DNA of 32,000 nt from Candidatus Minimicrobia sp. QA0096 (GTDB lineage: Bacteria; Patescibacteriota; Saccharimonadia; Saccharimonadales; Saccharimonadaceae), in NCBI RefSeq assembly GCF_963967315.1, contig NZ_OZ017288.1:30001-62000 (forward strand), given 5' to 3'. The position numbers and the translations under genes are program-made. Positions 22,073-30,847 of the stretch are shown piece by piece. Within the stretch, counting starts at the first letter, position 1. Each line of letters opens with the position of its first letter. A model generated the notes under the pieces. That model did not search any database and was not told the origin of the DNA. It saw only the letters and a list, made by a program, of their open reading frames with translations.

Positions 22073-24721
22073 TTAGGCGGCGGCAGTGCTCTTTTTTCGT
22101 CGGCGACGTCGTCTTTTTGGCGTTGCTGAAGCTAGCGGTGTAACTGTGTTGATTGCAGTTTCTGTAGGTGTATTATCATTGCCGCGAATTTGCAAAACAA
22201 CTTCGCCATCGTTTGCTGCGGGTTGCTGCTTTTCCGGTTGGCTATTGACCGCTGGAGCGTTGTTTACAGGTTGTGGTTGAGGTTTGGCTGGTTGCTTTTT
22301 TTGGTTGCGAACAGGCTTTATTGCAGCATCAATTTCTTTCTCGACATCTTCCCTATTTCGCGAATACATGCGACGCGAATGTTCAATAATGTGCGGCGTG
22401 TTGTCTGCTTGGCTTGGCGGAAGTTCCAATGTGCGGGCAGAAAACGCCGGAGTTTTTTCACCACCAATAACCATATTAACAACGAAATTACGATTGTGCA
22501 TTTGAAGCAGGTCGATCGCTTCGAAGTTTGGCTCGAATTGCTTAGCAAGGATGGGTGCATCGTCAGCAGAAACTCGGAAAGAAATCATAGTGCCGACGTT
22601 TCCAAAAACCGCATCGCGAACCGTGTCGCTCATCTGGGAAATGTACTGATTGGCAACGGTCAAGTTAAGGCCATATTTTCGAGCCTCGGATAAAATGGTT
22701 GCAAACGAATCGGTGGCGAAGTTCTGGAACTCGTCGACATAAAGATAGAATGGGCGGCGGTCGCGGACGTCAGGAATGTCGCTTCGAGACATGGCGGCAA
22801 GCTGGATTTTTGTGACCAAAAACGAACCGAGGATGGCGGCATTATCTTCACCGATAAGACCTTTGGACAGATTGACAATTAGAATCTTTCCTTCGTCCAT
22901 AATCTGGCGAATATTGAACGTGGATTTTGGCTGCCCGATGATGTTGCGGATGATTGGATTGGCGGTGAAAGCCCCGACTTTATTTAAGACTGGCGCAATT
23001 GCCTCGGCGACAAACTTGTCATTCCAGCTGGCAAATTCAACATTCCAGAATTGCAAAACCACGGTGTCTTGGCAATAAGTCAGCGTTTCTTTTCGGAATT
23101 CCTTATCTGTTAGCATGCGAGTAATGTCAAGCATCGTCGCTTCCGGTCGGTCCAGCAAAGCTAGAATTGTATATCGCAAAATATACTCAAGTCGCGGGCC
23201 CCACGAATCGCCGAAAATACGCTTCAAAACGCCAATGATTTCTGATGAGATGTTGGTTTTTTGGTTCGGGTTCGTGACTTCCAGTGGGTTGAATCCCAGA
23301 GGATACGCGGTGTCGGCTGGATTAAAATAGATCACGTCGTTCAATCGGCTGCCAGGGATAAATTTCATGTTGTTTATTGCGAAGTCGCCGTGCGGGTCGA
23401 TGATGGCATATCCTTGATTATGGAAAATGTCGCTTAAGGCGAAGAGTTCTAATAGTCCGCTTTTTCCGGCGCCCGTTTGTCCTATTATGTAAACGTGGCG
23501 TGAGCGGTCATAGCGCAACATGCCAAATTGGTGGCTGATGCCGCGGAAGTTGGTGACGCCAAAGGCAGAAATTTGGTCATCGTTGACATCTTCGCCGGTT
23601 AAGACTGGCAATTTGGACGGCGGTTCTGCGGTTTTGGAGCTCGCCCAAACTATATTTGGCGTTTCAACGTTGGTGTGTGGCAAATGAAAAACTGACGCCA
23701 GCTCTTCTATATTTAAGATGAACCCGTCGCCGATGAACGAACGCTTGCGATATTTATCAATAAATTCTTTGCCAAACGCACCCTTGACGGCGTGAAATCC
23801 GTTGAGATTGGTTGAATTGAACTGCTTAAATGTACCGACAAGCGCCTGCATGCGAAGTTTGGCGTTTGTCTGACTTTCGCCCATATAAACTAAGCGAATC
23901 TTCACTTCATAGCCGAGCTTGGTTGCCTTTTTCTCTGCTTCAGAAATGCGAGTTTTATCGCGGTCTGACAGCTCAACGGCTGTCGATTGATTTGCTCCCT
24001 GCTCTGGTGGCTGCCATAATGCGCCAAGTACACCGATTAGCCACTGCATACTGCCGCCGAATCCTGGCAAGGAGAACATTCGTCCGTTTTTTATACTATT
24101 TATATATCGATCTGCAGCGTTTTGCCAGTCATCTGGGATTGGTCTGACTAGCACCTGAATCCACAATTCTTCACCGGTGGTTTCCAGTTTTGCCAGCGTA
24201 CCCGTAATGCCCGCCAGCGGGTCGACCTCGAAGTTTTGGAAGGTGCGAATCGGGAGAAATTCGTCTGTGGTTAATGTTAATTCTGTCGAGTAAGCAACTT
24301 CGTGGTCGCGCTCATGCTCGGTATAATCTTCGTCGGCTTGGTGAATTTGAACGGTTGGGTATTGAGAATAAATCTGTCCTTCGACAAAGCTCTGCAGGGT
24401 TTTTGGTACCCAAACGTAAAAGCGAATTTGCCCATTGACTGAGGCGATTTCAAAGCTGATGTGCTCTTGGTGCCCGCCAGATAATCGCAATTCTTTATTG
24501 TCGCGAAGAATTCCGTGCAGTGAAGCGAATAACTGTTCGGCGGCAAGCTCTTGCTTGTCATTTGTGCGTGGGATTTCCAGGACTAAAAGTACGCTCTCAA
24601 CTGGGGTGAAATCTTCGATCTTCCGATAATTCCGCCACGTCAAAAACATCAGGACTGCCACGATTGGCATCCAAATATACCATTGTAATAATGTGCTGAT
24701 GATCCAAGAAATAATCTGCAT
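22073..24721 (-). CDS. Membrane-anchored VirD4/TraG/TraD-like (FtsK-HerA superfamily) P-loop ATPase
   Basis: N-terminal TM (IISWIISTLLQWYIWMPIVAVLMFLTW), Walker A IIGQTGAGKSG, IIDPHGDF, and Walker B-like PFYLYVDEFQNF. The C-terminus is Pro/Gln-rich low complexity ending in KRRRRRRKK. Confidence 0.75.
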   Translation of the reverse strand: MQIISWIISTLLQWYIWMPIVAVLMFLTWRNYRKIEDFTPVESVLLVLEIPRTNDKQELAAEQLFASLHGILRDNKELRLSGGHQEHISFEIASVNGQIRFYVWVPKTLQSFVEGQIYSQYPTVQIHQADEDYTEHERDHEVAYSTELTLTTDEFLPIRTFQNFEVDPLAGITGTLAKLETTGEELWIQVLVRPIPDDWQNAADRYINSIKNGRMFSLPGFGGSMQWLIGVLGALWQPPEQGANQSTAVELSDRDKTRISEAEKKATKLGYEVKIRLVYMGESQTNAKLRMQALVGTFKQFNSTNLNGFHAVKGAFGKEFIDKYRKRSFIGDGFILNIEELASVFHLPHTNVETPNIVWASSKTAEPPSKLPVLTGEDVNDDQISAFGVTNFRGISHQFGMLRYDRSRHVYIIGQTGAGKSGLLELFALSDIFHNQGYAIIDPHGDFAINNMKFIPGSRLNDVIYFNPADTAYPLGFNPLEVTNPNQKTNISSEIIGVLKRIFGDSWGPRLEYILRYTILALLDRPEATMLDITRMLTDKEFRKETLTYCQDTVVLQFWNVEFASWNDKFVAEAIAPVLNKVGAFTANPIIRNIIGQPKSTFNIRQIMDEGKILIVNLSKGLIGEDNAAILGSFLVTKIQLAAMSRSDIPDVRDRRPFYLYVDEFQNFATDSFATILSEARKYGLNLTVANQYISQMSDTVRDAVFGNVGTMISFRVSADDAPILAKQFEPNFEAIDLLQMHNRNFVVNMVIGGEKTPAFSARTLELPPSQADNTPHIIEHSRRMYSRNREDVEKEIDAAIKPVRNQKKQPAKPQPQPVNNAPAVNSQPEKQQPAANDGEVVLQIRGNDNTPTETAINTVTPLASATPKRRRRRRKKSTAAA

Positions 24722-24730
24722 TATGTGTAA

Positions 24731-24759
24731 ATTATCTCACCTCTGAAAGAAGTTTGCAA
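24731..24759 (-). promoter_or_regulatory. Candidate promoter of the ATPase gene (leaderless geometry)
   Basis: On the minus strand: TTGCAA (24754-24759), 17 nt, GATAAT (24731-24736), then 9 nt to ATG 24721. Confidence 0.4.
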
Positions 24760-24765
24760 CTTAGC

Positions 24766-25818
24766 TTAAGCGGCTTCTTCAAAAACGTATGTGGCTTTAG
24801 CGACGCGTTTGAATTGCGGCTTTGATTGAAGGTTTAATAGAATGGTGGTTTCCTTGACTTGTCGTTTGTCGAGGACTTGACGAACGATTTCATCACGGTG
24901 AAGCGGAGTTTCGGAATTTTTCAAAATATCGGTAATGATATCTGCTACAGTTCCGCGGCTGTAGCCCCAGCTGGCAAGCGCGTAAATACCGCGACCGATT
25001 AGAACAAAGCGCTTGTCTTTAATAAGTTCATTGTGAATTGCCTGCGTCGTGACGCTTCGGCGGTTAAATTCGCTGTCCCGAATTCCCTTAGCAATGTCGG
25101 AAAAATGCATCGGTGAGCCATTTGTGTCCAAAACAACGTAGATTTTATCGCGAATGTTCTTTGGGTTAACGGCTGGCCATTTGGCTAGTCCCCACTGATC
25201 GTTTAAGCTGGCCAATTTTTTACTAACGGTAGCCAAGGCTGCAATGTTTGAAGGATGTTCATAGTTCAATTTTTTGTGCAATTCTTCCGCGGTAATAGGT
25301 TCGCCGTGTTTTTTGATGGTCTTTACAACTTCCTCGACCCTTGCTCTAATTTGCTTTTCGTTGCCGAGAGTGTCGATAGCTGCTGCTTGGTAATAATCGT
25401 CATTCTCTGTAACAATCGTGATGTTTTCTGCTAGCTCAGAAATAAACGCCACACGAGCGCGGTCAATTGCAGTAGCTTCTTTACCGAGGAAATGCGACGC
25501 CAAATCCTGCATACGCGCAACTCGTCCCATCTCAGACAAACTCGAAGTAATTTCTTTTTCCATAGCAATAACCGAAGGAAGTTCTCCCTCGGCGACAGCT
25601 GCACGTAGACGTGTTAAGATTGCTTTTTCTAGCTGACGAACGCGCTCGCGAGTAATGCCGAACATATCGCCAATTAACTCTAACGTTTCTTTTCGGTCAT
25701 ACAAACCAAATCGTCGAGAAATAATCTCCTTCTCGCGCTCTTGCGGAATCTTAGAAATAATAGTATCGACGACAGAATTTAATTTGGCGCTTTGCTCGGT
25801 TTTTGCTGTCTCGCTCAT
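24766..25818 (-). CDS. Sigma70 region-4 HTH protein with HARE-HTH-like C-terminal repeats (not a complete sigma factor)
   Basis: EIISRRFGLYDRKETLELIGDMFGITRERVRQLEKAILTRLR is a textbook region 4.2. Only ~25 aa precede it, so regions 2 and 3 are absent. The C-terminal part has winged-helix-like repeats such as DKRFVLIGRGIYALASWGY. Confidence 0.7.
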   Translation of the reverse strand: MSETAKTEQSAKLNSVVDTIISKIPQEREKEIISRRFGLYDRKETLELIGDMFGITRERVRQLEKAILTRLRAAVAEGELPSVIAMEKEITSSLSEMGRVARMQDLASHFLGKEATAIDRARVAFISELAENITIVTENDDYYQAAAIDTLGNEKQIRARVEEVVKTIKKHGEPITAEELHKKLNYEHPSNIAALATVSKKLASLNDQWGLAKWPAVNPKNIRDKIYVVLDTNGSPMHFSDIAKGIRDSEFNRRSVTTQAIHNELIKDKRFVLIGRGIYALASWGYSRGTVADIITDILKNSETPLHRDEIVRQVLDKRQVKETTILLNLQSKPQFKRVAKATYVFEEAA

Positions 25819-25878
25819 GTTGCTAGAAACATCCTCTCTGCCTCACCACAGGTTATATTGATTGAAAATATGTTTTTA

Positions 25879-25907
25879 ATTATACAATTGCATTTGACAA
25901 AAGTCAA
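25879..25907 (-). promoter_or_regulatory. Near-consensus sigma70 promoter of the 350-aa gene
   Basis: On the minus strand: TTGACT (25902-25907), 17 nt, TATAAT (25879-25884). The -35 box is part of the palindrome TTGAC-TTTT-GTCAA. Confidence 0.6.
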
Positions 25908-26018
25908 TAGGTAAATGCCATAATTGCTGATATAAATTATAGCATTTATTTTACGTTTTTTGCAATAGATTATATGAAGAGTTTTTATTATTCGGAATTA
26001 TTGGATAGTATAAAAACG

Positions 26019-28364
26019 CTATTTCTTTTTAGCGGATGTTTTGGCGGCTTTTTTAACTACGCGTTTGCGAGTTGGCTTCGCTGTTGTGGCGTTTAATAGC
26101 TCCAGAGCTTTTTCGTGAGTAATAGTTTTCGGATCCGTGTCTTTAGGGATTTTGACATTTTTAGCGCCGTTGGTGATATACGGACCGAATCGACCATTAA
26201 GAACCTTAATTCCATCTGGAAATTCGGCAATATTCTTAGCAGCTTCGGCTTCTAATTTGGCGGCGTAAAGTTCGCGTGCCTTTTCTAAAGTAATGCTGTG
26301 AGGATCTTCTGGCTTAATGGAAACGAACAATTTGCCGACTTGAATATACGGACCGAATCGTCCAATATTCGCCTTAATATCTTGCCCTTCCTCTGTTTGT
26401 CCGACGATGCGTGGCAACTTGAACATTTCCAGTGCTTGCTCTAAGGTTACCGTTTCAATCTTCGCGTCCTTTGGCAGCGGTGCAAAACGTGGCTTTTCGT
26501 CGCCGTCAGTTTCGCCAAGTTGCAGCATTGGGCCGAAACGACCGAATCTTGCGATAATCGGTTTATTCGTCTTCGGGTCAATTCCTACTTCGCGATTAGC
26601 GCCGACCTTACTTCGGTCGATCCCGCCAGATTGCTCGATTAATTTATGGAAAGGTGTGTAAAATCCGTGCAACATTGTGCTTTTTTCCAGATTAGCACCG
26701 GCAATTTTGTCAAATTCCGTCTCAACGTTGGCGGTAAAATCGTAATCAACAATTTGCGTAAAATGATCCGTCAGGAAATCGGCAATCAGTTCGCCGCTTG
26801 GCGTTGGAATAAGCTTGCCGCGTGTCGAGCCAGTTTTTTCCTGGACAATACTTCGGCCAACTTCCTCGCCGTTATAGTTCAGGACAATCACATCACGCGG
26901 TTGACCTTCGCTGTCGCCCTTTTCAACGTAGCCGCGAGTCTGCACGGTGTCGATAATTGTGGCGTATGTGGATGGGCGTCCGATTCCAAGCTCCTCCAGT
27001 TTCTTGACTAGCGAACCTTCAGTGTAGCGAGCTGGCGGTCGTGTAAATGTTTGACGAGCCGTAATGTCGTGAGAATTGACTTCATCGCCAGACTGTAACT
27101 TCGGTAGAAGCTCATCTTTATTGCCGCCGTAAACGCGTAAAAATCCGTCAAACGTAATAACTTCGCCCTTCGCCTCAAACTGAGCTGGCTTTTTGCTTTT
27201 TGGTAATTTTTCACCCTTGATGTCAATTGTGATAGTTGTCTTTTCTAGCTTCGCTGGCGACATTTGCGACGCTAAAGTGCGACGTCGAATCAGGTCGTAT
27301 AATTTCTGGTCATAGCTATTATTAGACGCGGTTTCCAGAGTGATGTCCGTCGGGCGAATGGCTTCGTGAGCCTCTTGGGCGGACGCGGATTTGGTCTTAA
27401 ACTTGCGAACCGTTGAATAATCTGGACCGTAAAGACGCTTGATAAAATCAGTAGCCGCCGCGATGGCTTGACCGCTCAAATTTACAGAGTCTGTACGCAT
27501 ATAGGTGATTTTTCCGTCTTGGTATAATTTTTGCGCCGAGGCCATAGTTGCTTTGGAGCTGAAGCCAAGTTTAGCGTTGGCTTCCTGTTGCAGGGTTGAC
27601 GTGGTAAATGGTGCCGCTGGATTTCTGGTCCCAGGAGTTTTTGAGATATCGCTAACAATAAATTCGGCGGGTTTCAGACTATTTAAGAACTCGTTCGCCG
27701 CTTCTTCTGTATCGAATTTTTGATTAAGCTCGGCCTTGAATTCTTGATTGTCGTGAATAAAAATGGCAGTAACTTTGAACTGAGAATTGCCCTCAAACTT
27801 CATAATTTCTCGTTCGCGCTCGACTAGTAATCGCACTGCTGGGCTCTGAACGCGGCCAGCCGACTTGCCGCCCGGCACTTTCTGCCAGACGACTGGGCTG
27901 AGCTCAAAACCAACCAGTCGGTCAAGGATTTGCCTGGCTTGTTGCGCCTGAACCAAATTCATATCCACGGTTCGCGGATTCTTAATTGCATTAGTTATGG
28001 CGTCTTTGGTGATCTCGTGGAAGACGATTCGCTTGGTTGTTTCAATTGGAAGATCCAGCACCTTACATAAATGCCAAGCAATGGCCTCTCCTTCGCGGTC
28101 TTCATCGGTTGCAAGCCAAACATTTTCCTTGCCAACTGCCTTGACATTTTTCTTTAGTTCGGTGATAACTTTCTTTTTCTCAGGATCAACTTCATAAATT
28201 GCGAAAAAATCGTTAGCCACGTCAATCGGCGGCGTTCCATCCTTCGTCTTTTTAACAATCGAGCGAATATGCCCCACACTGGACAGGACGTGAAAATCCT
28301 TGCCGAGGTATTTCTCGATGGTTTTAGCTTTGGCTGGTGACTCGACAATAACGAGATTTTTCAT
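26019..28364 (-). CDS. topA: DNA topoisomerase I
   Basis: Toprim N-terminus MKNLVIVESPAKAKTIEKYLG, acidic DEDREGE, and active-site Tyr region ITYMRTDS. Three C-terminal RFGPY/M repeats and a Lys-rich tail are present, and there are no Cys4 zinc fingers. Confidence 0.97.
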   Translation of the reverse strand: MKNLVIVESPAKAKTIEKYLGKDFHVLSSVGHIRSIVKKTKDGTPPIDVANDFFAIYEVDPEKKKVITELKKNVKAVGKENVWLATDEDREGEAIAWHLCKVLDLPIETTKRIVFHEITKDAITNAIKNPRTVDMNLVQAQQARQILDRLVGFELSPVVWQKVPGGKSAGRVQSPAVRLLVEREREIMKFEGNSQFKVTAIFIHDNQEFKAELNQKFDTEEAANEFLNSLKPAEFIVSDISKTPGTRNPAAPFTTSTLQQEANAKLGFSSKATMASAQKLYQDGKITYMRTDSVNLSGQAIAAATDFIKRLYGPDYSTVRKFKTKSASAQEAHEAIRPTDITLETASNNSYDQKLYDLIRRRTLASQMSPAKLEKTTITIDIKGEKLPKSKKPAQFEAKGEVITFDGFLRVYGGNKDELLPKLQSGDEVNSHDITARQTFTRPPARYTEGSLVKKLEELGIGRPSTYATIIDTVQTRGYVEKGDSEGQPRDVIVLNYNGEEVGRSIVQEKTGSTRGKLIPTPSGELIADFLTDHFTQIVDYDFTANVETEFDKIAGANLEKSTMLHGFYTPFHKLIEQSGGIDRSKVGANREVGIDPKTNKPIIARFGRFGPMLQLGETDGDEKPRFAPLPKDAKIETVTLEQALEMFKLPRIVGQTEEGQDIKANIGRFGPYIQVGKLFVSIKPEDPHSITLEKARELYAAKLEAEAAKNIAEFPDGIKVLNGRFGPYITNGAKNVKIPKDTDPKTITHEKALELLNATTAKPTRKRVVKKAAKTSAKKK

Positions 28365-28371
28365 AACTTTA

Positions 28372-28380
28372 TATTATAAC
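28372..28380 (-). promoter_or_regulatory. Extended -10 box TGTTATAAT, 7 nt upstream of the topA ATG
   Basis: The minus strand reads TGTTATAAT-ATAAAGT-ATG with no SD, so the mRNA is predicted to be leaderless. Confidence 0.45.
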
Positions 28381-28415
28381 AAATCATTATCTGGCTACAA
28401 CCGCAAAGTGAATTA

Positions 28416-29111
28416 TTATGAGCGACCACTGAGGCGACTGAGCATTGCCATTGAGCCAAGGCTGCGATTAACATCTATTATTTGGCGCGGCTCTTTTGGT
28501 TTTTCTGTATTGCCGTTGACCGCTCTCTTTACGTAAGTGTATGTTGCGTGTGCAGCGAGTGGAAGAGAGGTAGCAGATGCTACAGCCCCTAGCTTGCGTA
28601 GAGTCTTGGCGAGATTTGGTTTTTTGTTTTGTTCGGCAATATGAGCACCAATATATGATATCAAAGTGGCTGTTTCTCCTGCCATGGCTAGTTTTCCTGA
28701 TTTAGTTGGTCGAGTTTCAGCCTTCTCATCGCTACGCAAATTAGCGATTCCCGTAGCTAGAGCGTTTATCGAGTTTAGTAGAGCAACAGTGCCAAGAACT
28801 TTCTTCGGAGCCAGCCCCTTTTTATGTATTTCATAGAGGATTTTTGCCATAACTATTTTGTCTGTTGTGGCGTCTAATGCCGCGCCAGTGTTGCTGGTCT
28901 GTCCTGTCATACGTGCTACTTTGCCGTCCAAGACGTCAGCTAATCGCCCGACCGCGCATTCCGCCAGTCCTTCAGCCGTATCAATTTTTTTAGATCCGTG
29001 CATCACCAAAGCGGCGCCAGTCACGCTTATCAAATTAGGGACAGTAAAGATGTCCTTAGCAATTTTATGGGCGACAGGAGATGCTTCTCGGGCTTTTTTC
29101 ATAGTCCGCAT
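28416..29111 (-). CDS. CDP-alcohol phosphatidyltransferase family protein
   Basis: The signature D-x2-D-G-x2-A-R-x8-G-x3-D-x3-D is present as DVLDGKVARMTGQTSNTGAALDATTDK. Hydrophobicity is weaker than in typical PgsA-type enzymes. Confidence 0.7.
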   Translation of the reverse strand: MRTMKKAREASPVAHKIAKDIFTVPNLISVTGAALVMHGSKKIDTAEGLAECAVGRLADVLDGKVARMTGQTSNTGAALDATTDKIVMAKILYEIHKKGLAPKKVLGTVALLNSINALATGIANLRSDEKAETRPTKSGKLAMAGETATLISYIGAHIAEQNKKPNLAKTLRKLGAVASATSLPLAAHATYTYVKRAVNGNTEKPKEPRQIIDVNRSLGSMAMLSRLSGRS

Positions 29112-29140
29112 AATAACATCAATTTGTCAAAATAACAATA

Positions 29141-30037
29141 TTATCGTAACGTCCAGTTGTTCGCCCCGAGAGGCTTGATAACACCGTTGATTTCTAGCAT
29201 TGTGAGCGCCGTGGCGAAGTCTGACGCGGATAATCCTGATTTTTGTTGGATTTCGTCGCCGTCGCGCAGCCCTTCTGAGATGAGTTTTATGATGATGCCT
29301 TCTTCAATTGTTGCGCTGGCTGCTAATTCTTGACCGTTGTCTTTTTGTAATTTTTCTGGCGCGATGATTGATAAAACATCGTCGGCGTCTGTCACCAAAT
29401 ACGCCCCTTGTTTTAATAAAGTATTACAACCCGCCGACAACGGGCTGGTTATGTTTCCGGGAACTACAAACAAATCTCTTCCCTGGTTCAGTGCGTGCGA
29501 GGCTGTGTTTAATGTGCCGCTTCGCTCGGCGGCTTCGGTGATAATAATTCCGTCAGCCAGCCCACTAACCAAACGATTGCGCTCCAGAAAACTCCAACGA
29601 TTGACTATTTTATTATCGCCCTTCATCCATTCTGAAACGACCGCACCGCCCCGCTCTATGATGCTCATGGCTAGTTGATAATTAGTCCGCGGCGAAATAT
29701 CCGGAAGTTCATTTGGGACGACCGCCACGACTGTTCCGCCAGCTTCAATCGCAGCTTTTTGGGCAATACAATCCACGCCTAACGCCAGCCCACTCACGAT
29801 TACACATCCGGCTTTTGCCAGATCTGTTGCTAATCGCTCGGTCACTTCTTTTCCGTAGGCAGACGGCTTACGGGACCCGACGATTGATACGACTGGCGCA
29901 TTTGTTTCTGGCAATTTTCCCATATAACATAAGCTTTTTGGTGGATTGGCAATATGCGCTAATCTCTGGGAGAAAATATGCTCATCTGGTGTAATTCTAT
30001 TGATTTCCATAAAAAATGTGGTAAAAAGTATTGACAC
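29141..30037 (-). CDS. dprA: DNA-processing protein DprA (Smf)
   Basis: Core GSRKPSAYGKEVTERLATDLAKAGCVIVSGLALGVDCIAQKAAIEAGG and conserved dprA-topA neighbourhood. ATG 30010 (MEINR...) is a plausible alternative to GTG 30037. Confidence 0.9.
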   Translation of the reverse strand: MSILFTTFFMEINRITPDEHIFSQRLAHIANPPKSLCYMGKLPETNAPVVSIVGSRKPSAYGKEVTERLATDLAKAGCVIVSGLALGVDCIAQKAAIEAGGTVVAVVPNELPDISPRTNYQLAMSIIERGGAVVSEWMKGDNKIVNRWSFLERNRLVSGLADGIIITEAAERSGTLNTASHALNQGRDLFVVPGNITSPLSAGCNTLLKQGAYLVTDADDVLSIIAPEKLQKDNGQELAASATIEEGIIIKLISEGLRDGDEIQQKSGLSASDFATALTMLEINGVIKPLGANNWTLR

Positions 30038-30059
30038 TTTGTCAAATGTTTGCTATAAT
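30031..30059 (+). promoter_or_regulatory. Perfect consensus sigma70 promoter with no downstream gene
   Basis: TTGACA (30031-30036), 17 nt, TGc-TATAAT (30051-30059). The -35 box is part of the palindrome TTGACA-CTT-TGTCAA. Confidence 0.7.
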
Positions 30060-30065
30060 CAAGGA

Positions 30066-30375
30066 CGATTGGTTAAGTAATCATTAACCAAACGCACCTT
30101 ATACCCCCTATTCTAACTATATGTTAGGTTGCGCGCAATGGCATTAAGTATTCTTACCCTCCACTTTTTGCGGTTCAACGTTACGCGCATACTAACCCCT
30201 TTAACTGCCCTTTTTCAAAGGCGACCTCTGTTAATGTGAGTACAAAATTGTATTGATAGTCATCAGGCGCGGACTTTTGGAGTTTTAGTCGCGACGCTTC
30301 ACTGATACGGTAGCTCGGGTGGGTTGAAGGGTAAAAAAGCGTCAGGTGATGCCCACCCTTACCTGGCGCTTTTTT
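30066..30375 (+). ncRNA. Candidate ~310-nt non-coding RNA of unknown family
   Basis: Bracketed by the consensus promoter above and a strong terminator. It has no ORF of 60 aa or more and no SD-preceded start. Internal stems include TTGGTTAA/TTAACCAA (30069-30092), CTAAC/GTTAG, and GGGTGGG (30317-30323) pairing with CCCACCC (30352-30358) inside the terminator loop. Confidence 0.45.
30333..30375. terminator. Bidirectional intrinsic terminator (fur-family gene on minus, candidate ncRNA on plus)
   Basis: A6 (30333-30338), stem GCGTCAGGT (30339-30347) / ACCTGGCGC (30361-30369) with one G:U pair, then T6 (30370-30375). Confidence 0.75.
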
Positions 30376-30386
30376 GTTGGGAAAAA

Positions 30387-30800
30387 TTATTTATTTTCTA
30401 TAATATGTCGGCACTTTCCGCAAACACCTTCCAGCTCAAAGTGGTGTTTTGCGACTATGAAATTATGTTTTTTACCAATGAGATCTATGAGTTTTTCGAG
30501 TTCTTGCGATTGTATGGGTTCGGCATTTTGACAATTGATGCAGTAGAGATGGTGATGATGCGGTATAAAAGGTTCCGCTAACTCGTAATAGTTCTTCCAG
30601 CCAATAGTTATGGTGTTTACAATGTTCAGATTATCGAACATTAGTAGCGTGCGGTAAATGCTGGCACGGTTAATGTTTTTGCAGTTTTTCGCAATATCGC
30701 CGACCGTAAGAGGAACATCTGAATTTCGCAGGATATCGAATACTTGCTGGCGAGGTTTTGTCAGGCGAAGATTGTGGCGTTCGAATATTTCATTTAGCAT
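30387..30800 (-). CDS. Fur-family metalloregulator (Fur/Zur/PerR type)
   Basis: 137 aa with an N-terminal winged helix and the metal-site motifs HHHHLYCINC and CGKC. Confidence 0.85.
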   Translation of the reverse strand: MLNEIFERHNLRLTKPRQQVFDILRNSDVPLTVGDIAKNCKNINRASIYRTLLMFDNLNIVNTITIGWKNYYELAEPFIPHHHHLYCINCQNAEPIQSQELEKLIDLIGKKHNFIVAKHHFELEGVCGKCRHIIENK

Positions 30801-30823
30801 AGTACTATCAATAGTTTATAACT

Positions 30824-30844
30824 TATTGCAACAAGTGTGCAATA
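30824..30844. promoter_or_regulatory. Palindrome TATTGCA-N7-TGCAATA overlapping a candidate promoter of the fur-family gene
   Basis: Perfect 7-bp arms at 30824-30830 and 30838-30844. On the minus strand, TTGCAC (30837-30842), 16 nt, TATAAA (30815-30820), then 14 nt to ATG 30800. Confidence 0.4.
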
Positions 30845-30847
30845 GAC

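Noticed and set aside
30066-30375. The orphan transcript might be tmRNA, RNase P RNA, SRP RNA or 6S RNA.
   Set aside because: There is no tRNA-like 5' GGGG and 3' CCA ends with a tag ORF, no GAGGAAAGUCC-type P4 motif, and no GGAA-tetraloop/AGCA SRP helix 8. The length also does not fit 6S RNA. This was judged by eye only, so an Infernal scan is still needed.
30324-30581. + strand ORFs 30324-30581 (85 aa) and 30346-30531 (61 aa).
   Set aside because: They are antisense to the well-supported fur-family gene and begin inside the bidirectional terminator. They have no SD.
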